From positions 16,934 to 80,933 of the forward strand of contig JBDRRB010000018.1 in the NCBI GenBank assembly GCA_043825985.1: 64,000 nt of DNA, in the 5' to 3' direction. Under the pieces are notes generated by a model. It was not told where the DNA came from. It made no database searches and saw only the letters and a list, made by a program, of their open reading frames with translations. Made by a program: the position numbers and the translations under genes. The DNA comes from a bacterium. Lineage in GTDB: Bacteria; Patescibacteriota; Patescibacteriia; SG8-24. Shown piece after piece: positions 9,665 through 18,572 of the stretch. How positions within the stretch are numbered: the stretch's first letter is position 1; each line of letters opens with the position of its first letter.

Positions 9665-10924
9665 CTATTCGCGGTCCGGATCTGGCTCCAGGGCCGCTTC
9701 GGTGTAGACGTTCCGGGCGTTCCACAGCAGCCAGCCGCTGCCGCCGCCCTCCTCCGTGGCGCGCATCTGCTCCCGCACCAAGAACGGCGTGTAGACCGCG
9801 CCCAGGTCGAAGTCCTGGATCCAGGGACGGAAGGTGCCCAGCCTCTCGGCCGAAGCCTCGGCCGCCAGCCGCTCGTGCAGTTCCTGACCCCGCAGCAGGT
9901 TCAGGTAGACGACGTCGAACGGACGCGCGGCCGGATTCGGATAGCCGTTGAAGTTAGCCGGGTAGTGGGAAGGATACACCATGGGCGAGACAAAGTTGAA
10001 GTGGGGCAGGGCGTCCGACAGCTTCTGCCCGATGTTCAGGTCATATTCGTGCTGCCACATGGTCAGGCCGAACAGGTCGACCGAGATCGGCATGCCGGAC
10101 ATGACCCGCAGCTCCTTGTCCAGGTGGCCGAAGAATCCGGCCATGACCTCGGACTTGGACTCGGTCCGGTCCCAGACCGGAAACGACATGGTGCCGATGT
10201 TGCCGTCGGACGGAAAGCGGATGTAGTCGAACTGGACCTCGTCGAAGCCGCCGGAGTAGGCCTCCCGGGCGACCGCGACGTTGTACTTCCAGACCTCCTT
10301 CGAGGCCGGATCCAACCACGGAATGCCGCGGTAGTCGCGCCACAGGCCGCCGCCGGTCCGGGCCACGGCCAGCTCGGGACGCGACTCGGCCAGCATGGGA
10401 TCCTGAAAGACGAATATCCGGGCGATCAGGTAGATGCCCCTTTCCCTGAGCGGCGCGGTGAACTCGGCGATCCGCCCCAGTTGGGGACGCTTGGCCGCGT
10501 ACGGCCGGAGCGAATCCGACTCGGGCTCGAAGGACAGCGACCCGTCGGCGTCCTTGACGTCGATCACCATCGAGTTCAGCTCGGTCCGGCCGACCAGGTC
10601 CACCAGCTGGTCGAAGCGCTTGCGGTAGCCGGCCGTGGCCGCGGAGACGTAGATGCCGCGCACGAAGTCCGGAGTCGCGACATGGGCGGCGTCCGTGCCG
10701 TCACCCGGACCGACGAGCGACCTGACCGCCGCCGAGGCGAACCTCTCGGACGGATAGGACGGACGGCTGCGCTCGGTCGACATCTCGTGGGCCAGAAGCA
10801 GTATCAGCGGCAGGGACACGACGACCAGGATCGCCAGACCGAAGGGGACGGACCGCCGCAGCAAGAACGGACGGCCTCGCCGCCACGCCTCCGCCGCCGA
10901 CCTGAGCCCGTCCCGCCGAGTCAT
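9665..10924 (-). CDS. Membrane-anchored glycoside-hydrolase-like protein (GHL10/DUF4015-like)
   Basis: N-terminal TM, then a TIM-barrel-like sequence (GIYVSAATAG...MVIDVKDADG...DEVQFDYIRFP). Start reassigned to the MTRRDG ATG, which overlaps the pgi stop (ATGA). The longer track ORF would overlap pgi. Confidence 0.55.
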   Translation of the reverse strand: MTRRDGLRSAAEAWRRGRPFLLRRSVPFGLAILVVVSLPLILLLAHEMSTERSRPSYPSERFASAAVRSLVGPGDGTDAAHVATPDFVRGIYVSAATAGYRKRFDQLVDLVGRTELNSMVIDVKDADGSLSFEPESDSLRPYAAKRPQLGRIAEFTAPLRERGIYLIARIFVFQDPMLAESRPELAVARTGGGLWRDYRGIPWLDPASKEVWKYNVAVAREAYSGGFDEVQFDYIRFPSDGNIGTMSFPVWDRTESKSEVMAGFFGHLDKELRVMSGMPISVDLFGLTMWQHEYDLNIGQKLSDALPHFNFVSPMVYPSHYPANFNGYPNPAARPFDVVYLNLLRGQELHERLAAEASAERLGTFRPWIQDFDLGAVYTPFLVREQMRATEEGGGSGWLLWNARNVYTEAALEPDPDRE

Positions 10925-12312
10925 GACTTTCGGTATCCCTTCCGGCCGAGAAGGGTGTAGATGATCCGCTTGCCGCCCTCGACGCCCGGCTGGTCGTAGG
11001 CGTTCACGTCGAGCAGCTCGGCCATGACCGAAGTCGAGAGCATGAAGAACATCATCAGCGCGCCGACCGTCTCCGGACCGATCTCCGGCACCGACAGGAT
11101 GCCGTTCGGCCGACGGTCGTTGGCCAGGGCCTCGGAGGTGGCCCGGCATTCGGCGCGGAGTATCTCGCCGAACTTGCGGCCGGCCAGGTAGGACAGAGTC
11201 TCCAGGTCGGGGAACCCGTCGGGCACGGTCAGCTCGTCCCTCATCCGCCCGACCTCGACCAGCGTGATCAGCTTGTCGAACGGCCCACCGCTGTACAGCT
11301 GGATCTGCGAATGCTGGTCGGCCGGACCACTGGCCGCGATCGGCGTCAGTCCGTGGAAGACCGTCCGTCCGGACCGGCCGACACGCTTGCCCAGGCTCTC
11401 CCCCCACAGCTGGCGGAACCAGAAGGCGAACAGGTCAAGCCGGGCGGCATAGGGCATGAGCACGGACATGGGCTGACCTCGCTTGGCATAGCCCAGGTAG
11501 TGCAGGCCGGCGAACTTCAGCACGTCGTTGCCTTCCGCCGGAGACGACAGAAAGGCGTCGCGAACCTCGGCTGCGCCGCGGAGCAGCCCGTCGACCGGAA
11601 CCCCGGCGCAGGCCGCGGGAAAGAGCCCGACCGGAGTCAGGGCCGAATACCGTCCGCCGATGTCGTCCGGCACGGGCAGGGTGGCGTAGCCCTCGCGGTC
11701 GGCGATGGTCCGCAGCGTGCCGGAGACCCGATCGGTCGTGGCCACCACCCGTTCGGCATGCGCCTTCCGGCCGACGGCCCGTATCAGGCGATCGCGCAGC
11801 AGGAGAAAGCCGCTCATCGGCTCGACCGTATCGCCGGACTTGGAGACCACGTTCAGGAGCGCCGACTTGAGGTCAACGGTCCGCAGCAGGTCCGCGAGCT
11901 CCTCCGGATCGGTGGTCGATCCGGCGAACCTGACGTCGAGCCCCTTCCCGGCCGGCTTGAGCGCCCGAACCAGGGTCTTGACGCCGAGGTCGGACCCGCC
12001 GATGCCGATCACCACGAGGGTCTTCTTCCCGGCCGACAGCTTCCTGGCCAGGTCCTTGACCTGACGCAGGTCGGACCGCCTTTCGGGAATCGACAGGTAG
12101 CCGAGCGAGCCGTCGCGTCCGGCCTGGGCCAGGCGGTCACGGACTTTCTCCAGTCGCGGCAGCAGCCGGCCGAGCTCGCCGGAACCGGCGCCGGCCTTGC
12201 CGACCCGGTCCTTCATCATCCTCTCTGCGTCGTAGCCGATCAGTTTTGACTTTGGCATAGGCGGGAACCTTATATCTTGTTCAATCATGATGTGGACGAA
12301 AGACGAACCCAA
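10921..12312 (-). CDS. pgi: Glucose-6-phosphate isomerase
   Basis: SIS-domain motifs (VVIGIGGSDLG, ...SKSGDT...). True start may be the internal MPKSKL ATG. Confidence 0.8.
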   Translation of the reverse strand: MGSSFVHIMIEQDIRFPPMPKSKLIGYDAERMMKDRVGKAGAGSGELGRLLPRLEKVRDRLAQAGRDGSLGYLSIPERRSDLRQVKDLARKLSAGKKTLVVIGIGGSDLGVKTLVRALKPAGKGLDVRFAGSTTDPEELADLLRTVDLKSALLNVVSKSGDTVEPMSGFLLLRDRLIRAVGRKAHAERVVATTDRVSGTLRTIADREGYATLPVPDDIGGRYSALTPVGLFPAACAGVPVDGLLRGAAEVRDAFLSSPAEGNDVLKFAGLHYLGYAKRGQPMSVLMPYAARLDLFAFWFRQLWGESLGKRVGRSGRTVFHGLTPIAASGPADQHSQIQLYSGGPFDKLITLVEVGRMRDELTVPDGFPDLETLSYLAGRKFGEILRAECRATSEALANDRRPNGILSVPEIGPETVGALMMFFMLSTSVMAELLDVNAYDQPGVEGGKRIIYTLLGRKGYRKS

Positions 12313-12372
12313 ACTGGGTTGAGTATATCACGGCGCGGCCGGAGGCAGCATTGAGGCGAAACCCGGCCTGAC

Positions 12373-13380
12373 GTGATAAAATGCAGGACGACAGGCGCCA
12401 CCATAAACGACAACACCATGAGTCCCAGTCCAGAAAAACGAGACAGGCCGGACAATGCCGGCGTCGACGGCAGCAAGGCCGCCCCGGAAAGGAAAGACGG
12501 GACCGAGAACGACCAACGCAAACAGCTGAAGGCTGAAATGGCGACCCGCAGACGGAAATTCACGGCGCTCAAAAAACTGCTCGACGAATACGAAAAGGCG
12601 GCGGCCCTGGCCGATCCTGACGACCAGGACCAGCAGGTGCTGAAAAAGGTGGCCAAAAAAGGCGGACCGCACGCCGTCCGGCTCAAGATGCTGCAGGAGG
12701 AACGGTCCGGGCTGCTCCTGCAGCAAAGGATCATGACCGACCGGGTAAACGAGACACGCCGCGAGCTGAACGCCGGCACCGAGCCGCTGGAAACGACGGC
12801 CGAACGGCTCAAGTCCGAGCTGACGGTGGCCGGCGACGAGAAAAAGATCGCCGTGACCAAAAGGATGCTGAAGAAGGTCGAGGACGCGATCGCCCTGGAG
12901 CTGACACTGGTGACGCTCCAGTCCAGCCTAAACGAGAACCGAGCCGAAACCGATCAGGCCGAGAGAAACGCGCTGACAGCGGCCACGGCCGAGACCGCAC
13001 CGGACGACGACGAGCGACCGACGGTCGAGATGGCCGCCGCGGACGACGACGAAGACGACGACGAAAGGCCGACGGCCGAGATGGCCGCCGCGGACGACGA
13101 CGAAAGGCCGACGGTCGAGATGGCCGTCGCGGACGACGACGGACGGTCGACGGTCGAATACCGGGCGAAACCGAAAATGCAGCCGGATAGCGGGCGAAAC
13201 ACGGACGGAGAAACCGAAGAGCCGGCCAAAAAACCGACCCGATGGCAGCGTCTGAAGGACTGGTGGAACCGACCCAAAGGCCTGAATCCGCCGGAAGCGA
13301 AGCACGAGAAGAGAAACGACGACTTCGCCGAGATGCTCAAGGAGGTCTGGGCCGGAATCAAGTCGATGTTCAAGTTCTAG
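12373..13380 (+). CDS. Acidic coiled-coil protein with internal tandem repeats (hypothetical)
   Basis: Lys/Glu-rich helical N-terminus, then 3-4 in-frame repeats ERPTVEMAAADDDE. Confidence 0.5.
   Translation: MIKCRTTGATINDNTMSPSPEKRDRPDNAGVDGSKAAPERKDGTENDQRKQLKAEMATRRRKFTALKKLLDEYEKAAALADPDDQDQQVLKKVAKKGGPHAVRLKMLQEERSGLLLQQRIMTDRVNETRRELNAGTEPLETTAERLKSELTVAGDEKKIAVTKRMLKKVEDAIALELTLVTLQSSLNENRAETDQAERNALTAATAETAPDDDERPTVEMAAADDDEDDDERPTAEMAAADDDERPTVEMAVADDDGRSTVEYRAKPKMQPDSGRNTDGETEEPAKKPTRWQRLKDWWNRPKGLNPPEAKHEKRNDDFAEMLKEVWAGIKSMFKF
12990..13160 (+). repeat. In-frame tandem repeat (~45-54 nt unit) inside the acidic protein gene
   Basis: Unit ccgacggtcgagatggccgccgcggacgacgacgaa... recurs three to four times with small variations. 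Confidence 0.6.
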
Positions 13381-13408
13381 CTTCTTACACGCGAGACGAA
13401 CGGGCGAC

Positions 13409-13440
13409 GCAAAAAGACCGGCTGCCAGGCCGGTCTTTCG
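13409..13440. terminator. Bidirectional terminator between convergent genes
   Basis: agaccggc-tgccag-gccggtct hairpin flanked by AAAAA 5' and TTTCGG 3'. Confidence 0.5.
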
Positions 13441-13473
13441 GCTAAAAAACTCCATGACGCGACGAACGCCGGC

Positions 13474-14913
13474 TCAATCCGCCGCCGGACCGAAGAACCG
13501 GGCGTTCTCGCGCACCAGCCAGTCCTTCAGCTCGCGCGTGGCCACCACGTCGTCGCGGTTGTACTCGACGATGCTGTCGAGTGCGGCCCGGTCCCCCGTC
13601 TCCAGCCAGCGCTCGTAGACGGCGACCGACTCCCCGCCGCCGGCGATCTCGCCCTGCCGGTCGAAGCCGATGTACTTGCCGATGTCCTTGATGCCGTAGA
13701 AGTAGAGTGGCAGCACCACGCTGTCCTTGACCGTCTCGTTCAGGTCGACCAGCCGCGACCGGAACGTGTCCAGCCCGGCCGACCCGCCGTAGCGAGACTC
13801 GAGGGCGTTAAGTCGGACCAGCTCGAAGGTGCCGAAATGGTAGACCGCATAGTCGCCGGGCAGCCCGGACAGCCAGCGCAGGAACTCGCGCCACATCCCC
13901 TCCTCGCCCTCGGGCGACTCGGCCAGCTGACGCTCGTACCTCTCGCCGGAACCGTCGCGGACCAGGAAGCCGAACAGGTAGTCCACGCCGCGCAGCGGAT
14001 CGCTCTCGATGTCGAAGAAGATCTCGGTCGGAGACTCGGGCAGGCTGACCGGACGGCGGAAGACATGCTGACGGTCGATGAGCGCCGCGGCCTGAAGCTT
14101 GGCCCGCCGCAGCAGGTCGAGCTTGATGTCGCGGTTGCGGCCGTGCACCTCGTCCGGGTCCATGTCCGCCGCATCCTCGACCGACCGGATGCCCAGCTCG
14201 CGCAGCTGCTCCAGCGTCTTGGCCTTGATGTTGTAGAGCAGCGTAATGTCGTTCGTGCTCTCGGCCAGGGCGATGCACTCGGAGAACCACGGCGACACGC
14301 GGCAGCCGGACGACAGCCGCGGTCCGGGCCGGCGGCCGGACAGCAGCTCGCGCAGCTCGCCGAGCACCCGCCGGTAGAGCTCCTCGACCTCGTCCAGCTG
14401 GCAGCCGATGCGCACGCCGCTGGCGTTCAGTATGTAGCCGAACTCCGGCCGGGCCCCCTGCACCCGTTCCAGCAGGTCGCCGTACATGGCCAGCTGCAGC
14501 CGCATGGCGTCGGTGATCCGTTCGGCGCTCTTGATTTCCGTCGGCTCGTAGGAATACGAGCCGTACCTGGACGGCCGGCCGTCGCGCCGCTCAAGCAGGT
14601 CCGGCTCGCCGATCAGGTCGCCGTCCCTGAGCAGGCCGTGATAGATTCGTTCCGTGCCGGCGGCCATCAGCTCCTGGGTGCGGGCAAAGCGCGCGTCCTC
14701 GTCGCCGTCGCCGACCGGCTCGTACTCAAGCCCAGCCAGCAGCCGCTCCTCGTGCAGCAGCCCCCGCTCCAGGAGCAGGCCATGGAAGCGGGACGGCTCG
14801 GTCCGCCGGGACCGGTCGCCAAAACGGTCGAACCACAGCCAGTGGTTACAGGTGAAGTACTTGATGAACATCCCGGCGCTGATCCGGGGCGGTTGTTCTT
14901 GTCGGTTAGTCAT
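13474..14913 (-). CDS. RecB-family nuclease (COG2251/TM0106-like: Cas4-like PD-(D/E)xK domain plus RNase-H-like domain)
   Basis: N-terminal Cys/Trp-containing segment (YFTCNHWLWFD) and SYSYEPTEIKS...Y PD-(D/E)xK-like core. C-terminal IFFDIESD... RNase-H/DnaQ-like motif. Start uncertain (14913 or 14871). Confidence 0.6.
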   Translation of the reverse strand: MTNRQEQPPRISAGMFIKYFTCNHWLWFDRFGDRSRRTEPSRFHGLLLERGLLHEERLLAGLEYEPVGDGDEDARFARTQELMAAGTERIYHGLLRDGDLIGEPDLLERRDGRPSRYGSYSYEPTEIKSAERITDAMRLQLAMYGDLLERVQGARPEFGYILNASGVRIGCQLDEVEELYRRVLGELRELLSGRRPGPRLSSGCRVSPWFSECIALAESTNDITLLYNIKAKTLEQLRELGIRSVEDAADMDPDEVHGRNRDIKLDLLRRAKLQAAALIDRQHVFRRPVSLPESPTEIFFDIESDPLRGVDYLFGFLVRDGSGERYERQLAESPEGEEGMWREFLRWLSGLPGDYAVYHFGTFELVRLNALESRYGGSAGLDTFRSRLVDLNETVKDSVVLPLYFYGIKDIGKYIGFDRQGEIAGGGESVAVYERWLETGDRAALDSIVEYNRDDVVATRELKDWLVRENARFFGPAAD

Positions 14914-14989
14914 GTTTCGAGGAATCGATGTAATGAATGATCCCAGCACCAGCGGACTTCTGGTCGGGATCCACCTTCGCTAAAGCTAT

Positions 14990-15395
14990 GGTGGACAGGT
15001 GCAGTGTGCCGACCTAGGACAAATCCACGCAGGTTCTGGGCGGGACCCGCCTCCGCCCTTCGACTTCACTACGGGCGGGGCAAGTGTTATGTACTCGGTT
15101 TCACACGCCAGCGGACTTCAGGTTGAGATGATATGTGCCGGTCTGGGGCGAGTCACGCGAAGAAACCATCGGCAGGTTCTGGGCGGGACCCGCCTCCGCC
15201 CTTCGACTTCACTCAGGGATACGGGCGGACAAGTGTCATGTGCCGACACCCTGCATCTCAACATCAGTGGGCTTCGGACGGGATGCGATGTGCCCGGCTG
15301 GACCGAACGACGAAGCGAAACGTACTGAAAACGTACGTTGAGCTAGGAGCGAGGGAAGCCGGACGCAGCGCGCCCGATCCGGAGACCACTTATCT
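14990..15395. repeat. Nested intergenic repeat array: 42-nt exact direct repeat (15029-15070, 15172-15213) plus modules of the dispersed structured element (copy A 15271-15392)
   Basis: Exact duplicate gcaggttctgggcgggacccgcctccgcccttcgacttcact. Recurring (a)tgtgccg motifs. Copy A core atgcgatgtgcc...aacgtac-tgaaaac-gtacgtt...gcagcgcgcccgatcc with a pairing closing helix cttcgga/tccggag. Confidence 0.7.
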
Positions 15396-16646
15396 TTACT
15401 CGTACTTCAAGGCGGAGATGGGGTCCAATTCCGCCGCCTTCCTCGCCGGATACGCGCCAAACACCATGCCGATGACCATGGCCACGAGCAGGGCCGCCAG
15501 GAAGGACGGCAGGGACACGGCGTACTGGACGTCGAAGCCGGTATACCTGGCGTAGGCGATGACCGCAACCGTCAGGACCGTGCCGGACAGCCCGCCCAGG
15601 GCACCGCCGGCCGTGGTCAGGATGACCGCCTCGGCCAGGAACTGCTGCCAGATGACCGCATTCCGGGCGCCGAGTGCCTTGCGCAGTCCGACCTCGCGGA
15701 CGCGCTCGGTGACCGAAACCAGCATGATGTTCATGATGCCGATGCCGCCGACCAGGAGCGAGATCGCGGCCAGCAGGCCGAGCAGGATGGTGATGGCGTT
15801 CGTCACCGTGCCGATCGTCTCCATCACCTCGGTATATGTATGCACCATGAAGTCGTCCTTGTCCGGGTCAGTGATGTCATGCCGCCGCCGCAGCACGGCC
15901 GAGGCCTCCTCGGAGACCGGATCGATGTACCGCTTGTCGGAGACGATCAGGTCTATCTCCTGCACGTACTCGTCGCCGGACAGCCGCTTCTGCATCAGCT
16001 TGAGCGGCATCAGGACGATGGTGTCGAAGTCCATCGGACCGAACACGCCGCGCGGCTCGAGCACACCGACGACCTGGAGGTTCAGCCCCTTGAGGCGGAC
16101 CTTCTGGCCGATCGGGTCAGACTCGCCGAACAGGTGCTCGGCCACCTTGCTGCCGAGCACGATCACCGGCGTCATCGACTTCTCCTCGCGCTCGCTGAAG
16201 ATCCGGCCGGCGCCGATCTCGGCCTGCAGGTCGAACGACATGTAGTTGGCGGTCGTGCCGAAGACCAGTGACCGGTACTCGCTGTCGCGGAATGACACGA
16301 AGGCCTGGCTGGTGTCGAAGGCCACCGCCTCGAGCACGTGCGGCAGGGACCGGAGCGCCTCGGCGTCGTCGTAGGTGATCGAGACGACCTCGGCGGCGGA
16401 GAACTGCGAGGTGATCGCGCCCTGGTCCGACAGTCCGGGGACGGTGGCGTTGATGGTCACGAAGTTCTTTCCGAACTGCTCGACCTGGGCCAGGATGTAG
16501 CTCTTCAGGCCGAAGCCGAGGGAGACGATCAGGGTGACCGAAAAGACGCCGATGGTCACGCCCAGGAGCGACAGCACGGTGCGCAGGCGGTTGCGGCGAA
16601 GGTTCCTGAGCGCCAGTCCGACGGTATTGCGATAGGCGTGCGGCAT
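15396..16646 (-). CDS. ABC transporter permease, FtsX/MacB-type
   Basis: N-terminal TM, large periplasmic domain, C-terminal 3-TM FtsX domain. Confidence 0.85.
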   Translation of the reverse strand: MPHAYRNTVGLALRNLRRNRLRTVLSLLGVTIGVFSVTLIVSLGFGLKSYILAQVEQFGKNFVTINATVPGLSDQGAITSQFSAAEVVSITYDDAEALRSLPHVLEAVAFDTSQAFVSFRDSEYRSLVFGTTANYMSFDLQAEIGAGRIFSEREEKSMTPVIVLGSKVAEHLFGESDPIGQKVRLKGLNLQVVGVLEPRGVFGPMDFDTIVLMPLKLMQKRLSGDEYVQEIDLIVSDKRYIDPVSEEASAVLRRRHDITDPDKDDFMVHTYTEVMETIGTVTNAITILLGLLAAISLLVGGIGIMNIMLVSVTERVREVGLRKALGARNAVIWQQFLAEAVILTTAGGALGGLSGTVLTVAVIAYARYTGFDVQYAVSLPSFLAALLVAMVIGMVFGAYPARKAAELDPISALKYE

Positions 16647-16649
16647 AGG

Positions 16650-17885
16650 CTATTCCTCCCTCAGGGCGACGATCGGGTCGAGACGCGACGCGGTCATGGC
16701 CGGCGAGACTCCCGAGACCATGCCGATTCCGGCCGCGACCACGAGCGCGGTCAGGACATACGACACCGGCATGAAGAAGTTCCAGGAGTAGCCGTAGTGC
16801 TGGACGGCCACCGATATCAGGACCGAGAAGCTGACCCCGATCACGGCGCCGACGATGCCGCCGGCCAGGGACATCGCCCCGCTCTCGATCAGGAACTGCA
16901 TCAGGATGCGCCGGCTGTTGGCGCCGAGGGCCTTCCGGAGGCCGATCTCGCGCCGCCGCTCGCGCACCGAGACGAACATGATGTTCATGATGTTGATCCC
17001 GCCCACCAGGAGCGCGATCGCCGTCACCACCAGCAGGAACCCCTGCATGGCGCCGGTCACGTTGCCCAGCATCTCGGCCGCCTGGTCGGTGCTGCCGATG
17101 GTGAAGTCGTCCTTGGAAGGGTCCTTGATGTGATGCTGCCGCCGCAGGGCCCGGGCGGCGTCGTCCTTGACCGTCTCCAGATTCGCACCGTCGACGGACT
17201 TGAGTCGGATGGCCGAGACATAGTCGATGCCCGCGACCAGGCGCTGGGCGGTGGTGACCGGTATGATCACCCGGTCGTCGAGGTTCTGGAAGAAGGCCGT
17301 CCCCTGCTCGGTCGTCACGCCGACGACCGTGAACCGGATGCCCTTGATGTCGACCGTCTGCCCGACCGGGCTCCGGTCCGGCGACAGCCCCTCGGCCACG
17401 GTCGTCCCGACCACGGCCACCCGGGCGAAGCGGGCCACGTCCTCGGCGGACAGGAAACGCCCTTCGGCCATCTCCAGCCCCTCCAGGTCCCAGGCCTGCT
17501 CGTTCACCCCGACGACCGAGGTGACGACGGTCTCGCGGCCCATCGACACGGTCCGGGTCGAGTTTACGTACGGCACCACGGCCTGCACGCCGCTGACCTT
17601 CCGCAGCGCGTCGGCGTCGTCGAGCTTGAGCGTGCCGAGCACGATGCCCATGGCGATGGGCGGCGGCTCGTTCTCCTGGCTGCCGCCGGGAGTGACGCCG
17701 ATCAGGTCGCCGCCGAATGAGGTCACCTGGCTCAGGATCAGGTCCTGCGCGCTCAGGCCGACCGAAGCGACAGTCAAAACGGACATCACCCCGATGATGA
17801 TGCCCAAGGTGGACAGCACGGCCCGGCTCCTCATCGCCCACAGCGACTTGAGGACGGAGATTGCGTCGCGCCACCAGATATTCAT
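16650..17885 (-). CDS. ABC transporter permease, FtsX/MacB-type (second paralog)
   Basis: Same architecture as the downstream permease, with 3-nt spacing between the two genes. Confidence 0.85.
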   Translation of the reverse strand: MNIWWRDAISVLKSLWAMRSRAVLSTLGIIIGVMSVLTVASVGLSAQDLILSQVTSFGGDLIGVTPGGSQENEPPPIAMGIVLGTLKLDDADALRKVSGVQAVVPYVNSTRTVSMGRETVVTSVVGVNEQAWDLEGLEMAEGRFLSAEDVARFARVAVVGTTVAEGLSPDRSPVGQTVDIKGIRFTVVGVTTEQGTAFFQNLDDRVIIPVTTAQRLVAGIDYVSAIRLKSVDGANLETVKDDAARALRRQHHIKDPSKDDFTIGSTDQAAEMLGNVTGAMQGFLLVVTAIALLVGGINIMNIMFVSVRERRREIGLRKALGANSRRILMQFLIESGAMSLAGGIVGAVIGVSFSVLISVAVQHYGYSWNFFMPVSYVLTALVVAAGIGMVSGVSPAMTASRLDPIVALREE

Positions 17886-17887
17886 AG

Positions 17888-18564
<677 letters not shown>

Positions 18565-18572
18565 CGAAGCGG

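Noticed and set aside
9665-11407. 580-aa extent of the glycoside-hydrolase-like ORF overlapping pgi by ~490 nt.
   Set aside because: The N-terminal 161 residues are Arg/Gly-rich antisense-type sequence. An internal ATG with a signal/TM sequence overlaps the pgi stop as ATGA, giving a clean 419-aa gene.
15029-15213. Possible CRISPR array (direct repeats at 15029/15172 and at 44510/44544).
   Set aside because: Each has only two repeat copies, with irregular intervening sequence that is itself repeated. No cas genes are present anywhere in the window.
14999-15555. Two overlapping plus-strand ORFs sharing the peptide GSGRDPPPPFDFT.
   Set aside because: They are translations of the 42-nt direct DNA repeat. 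They have no start context and lie within a non-coding repeat array.
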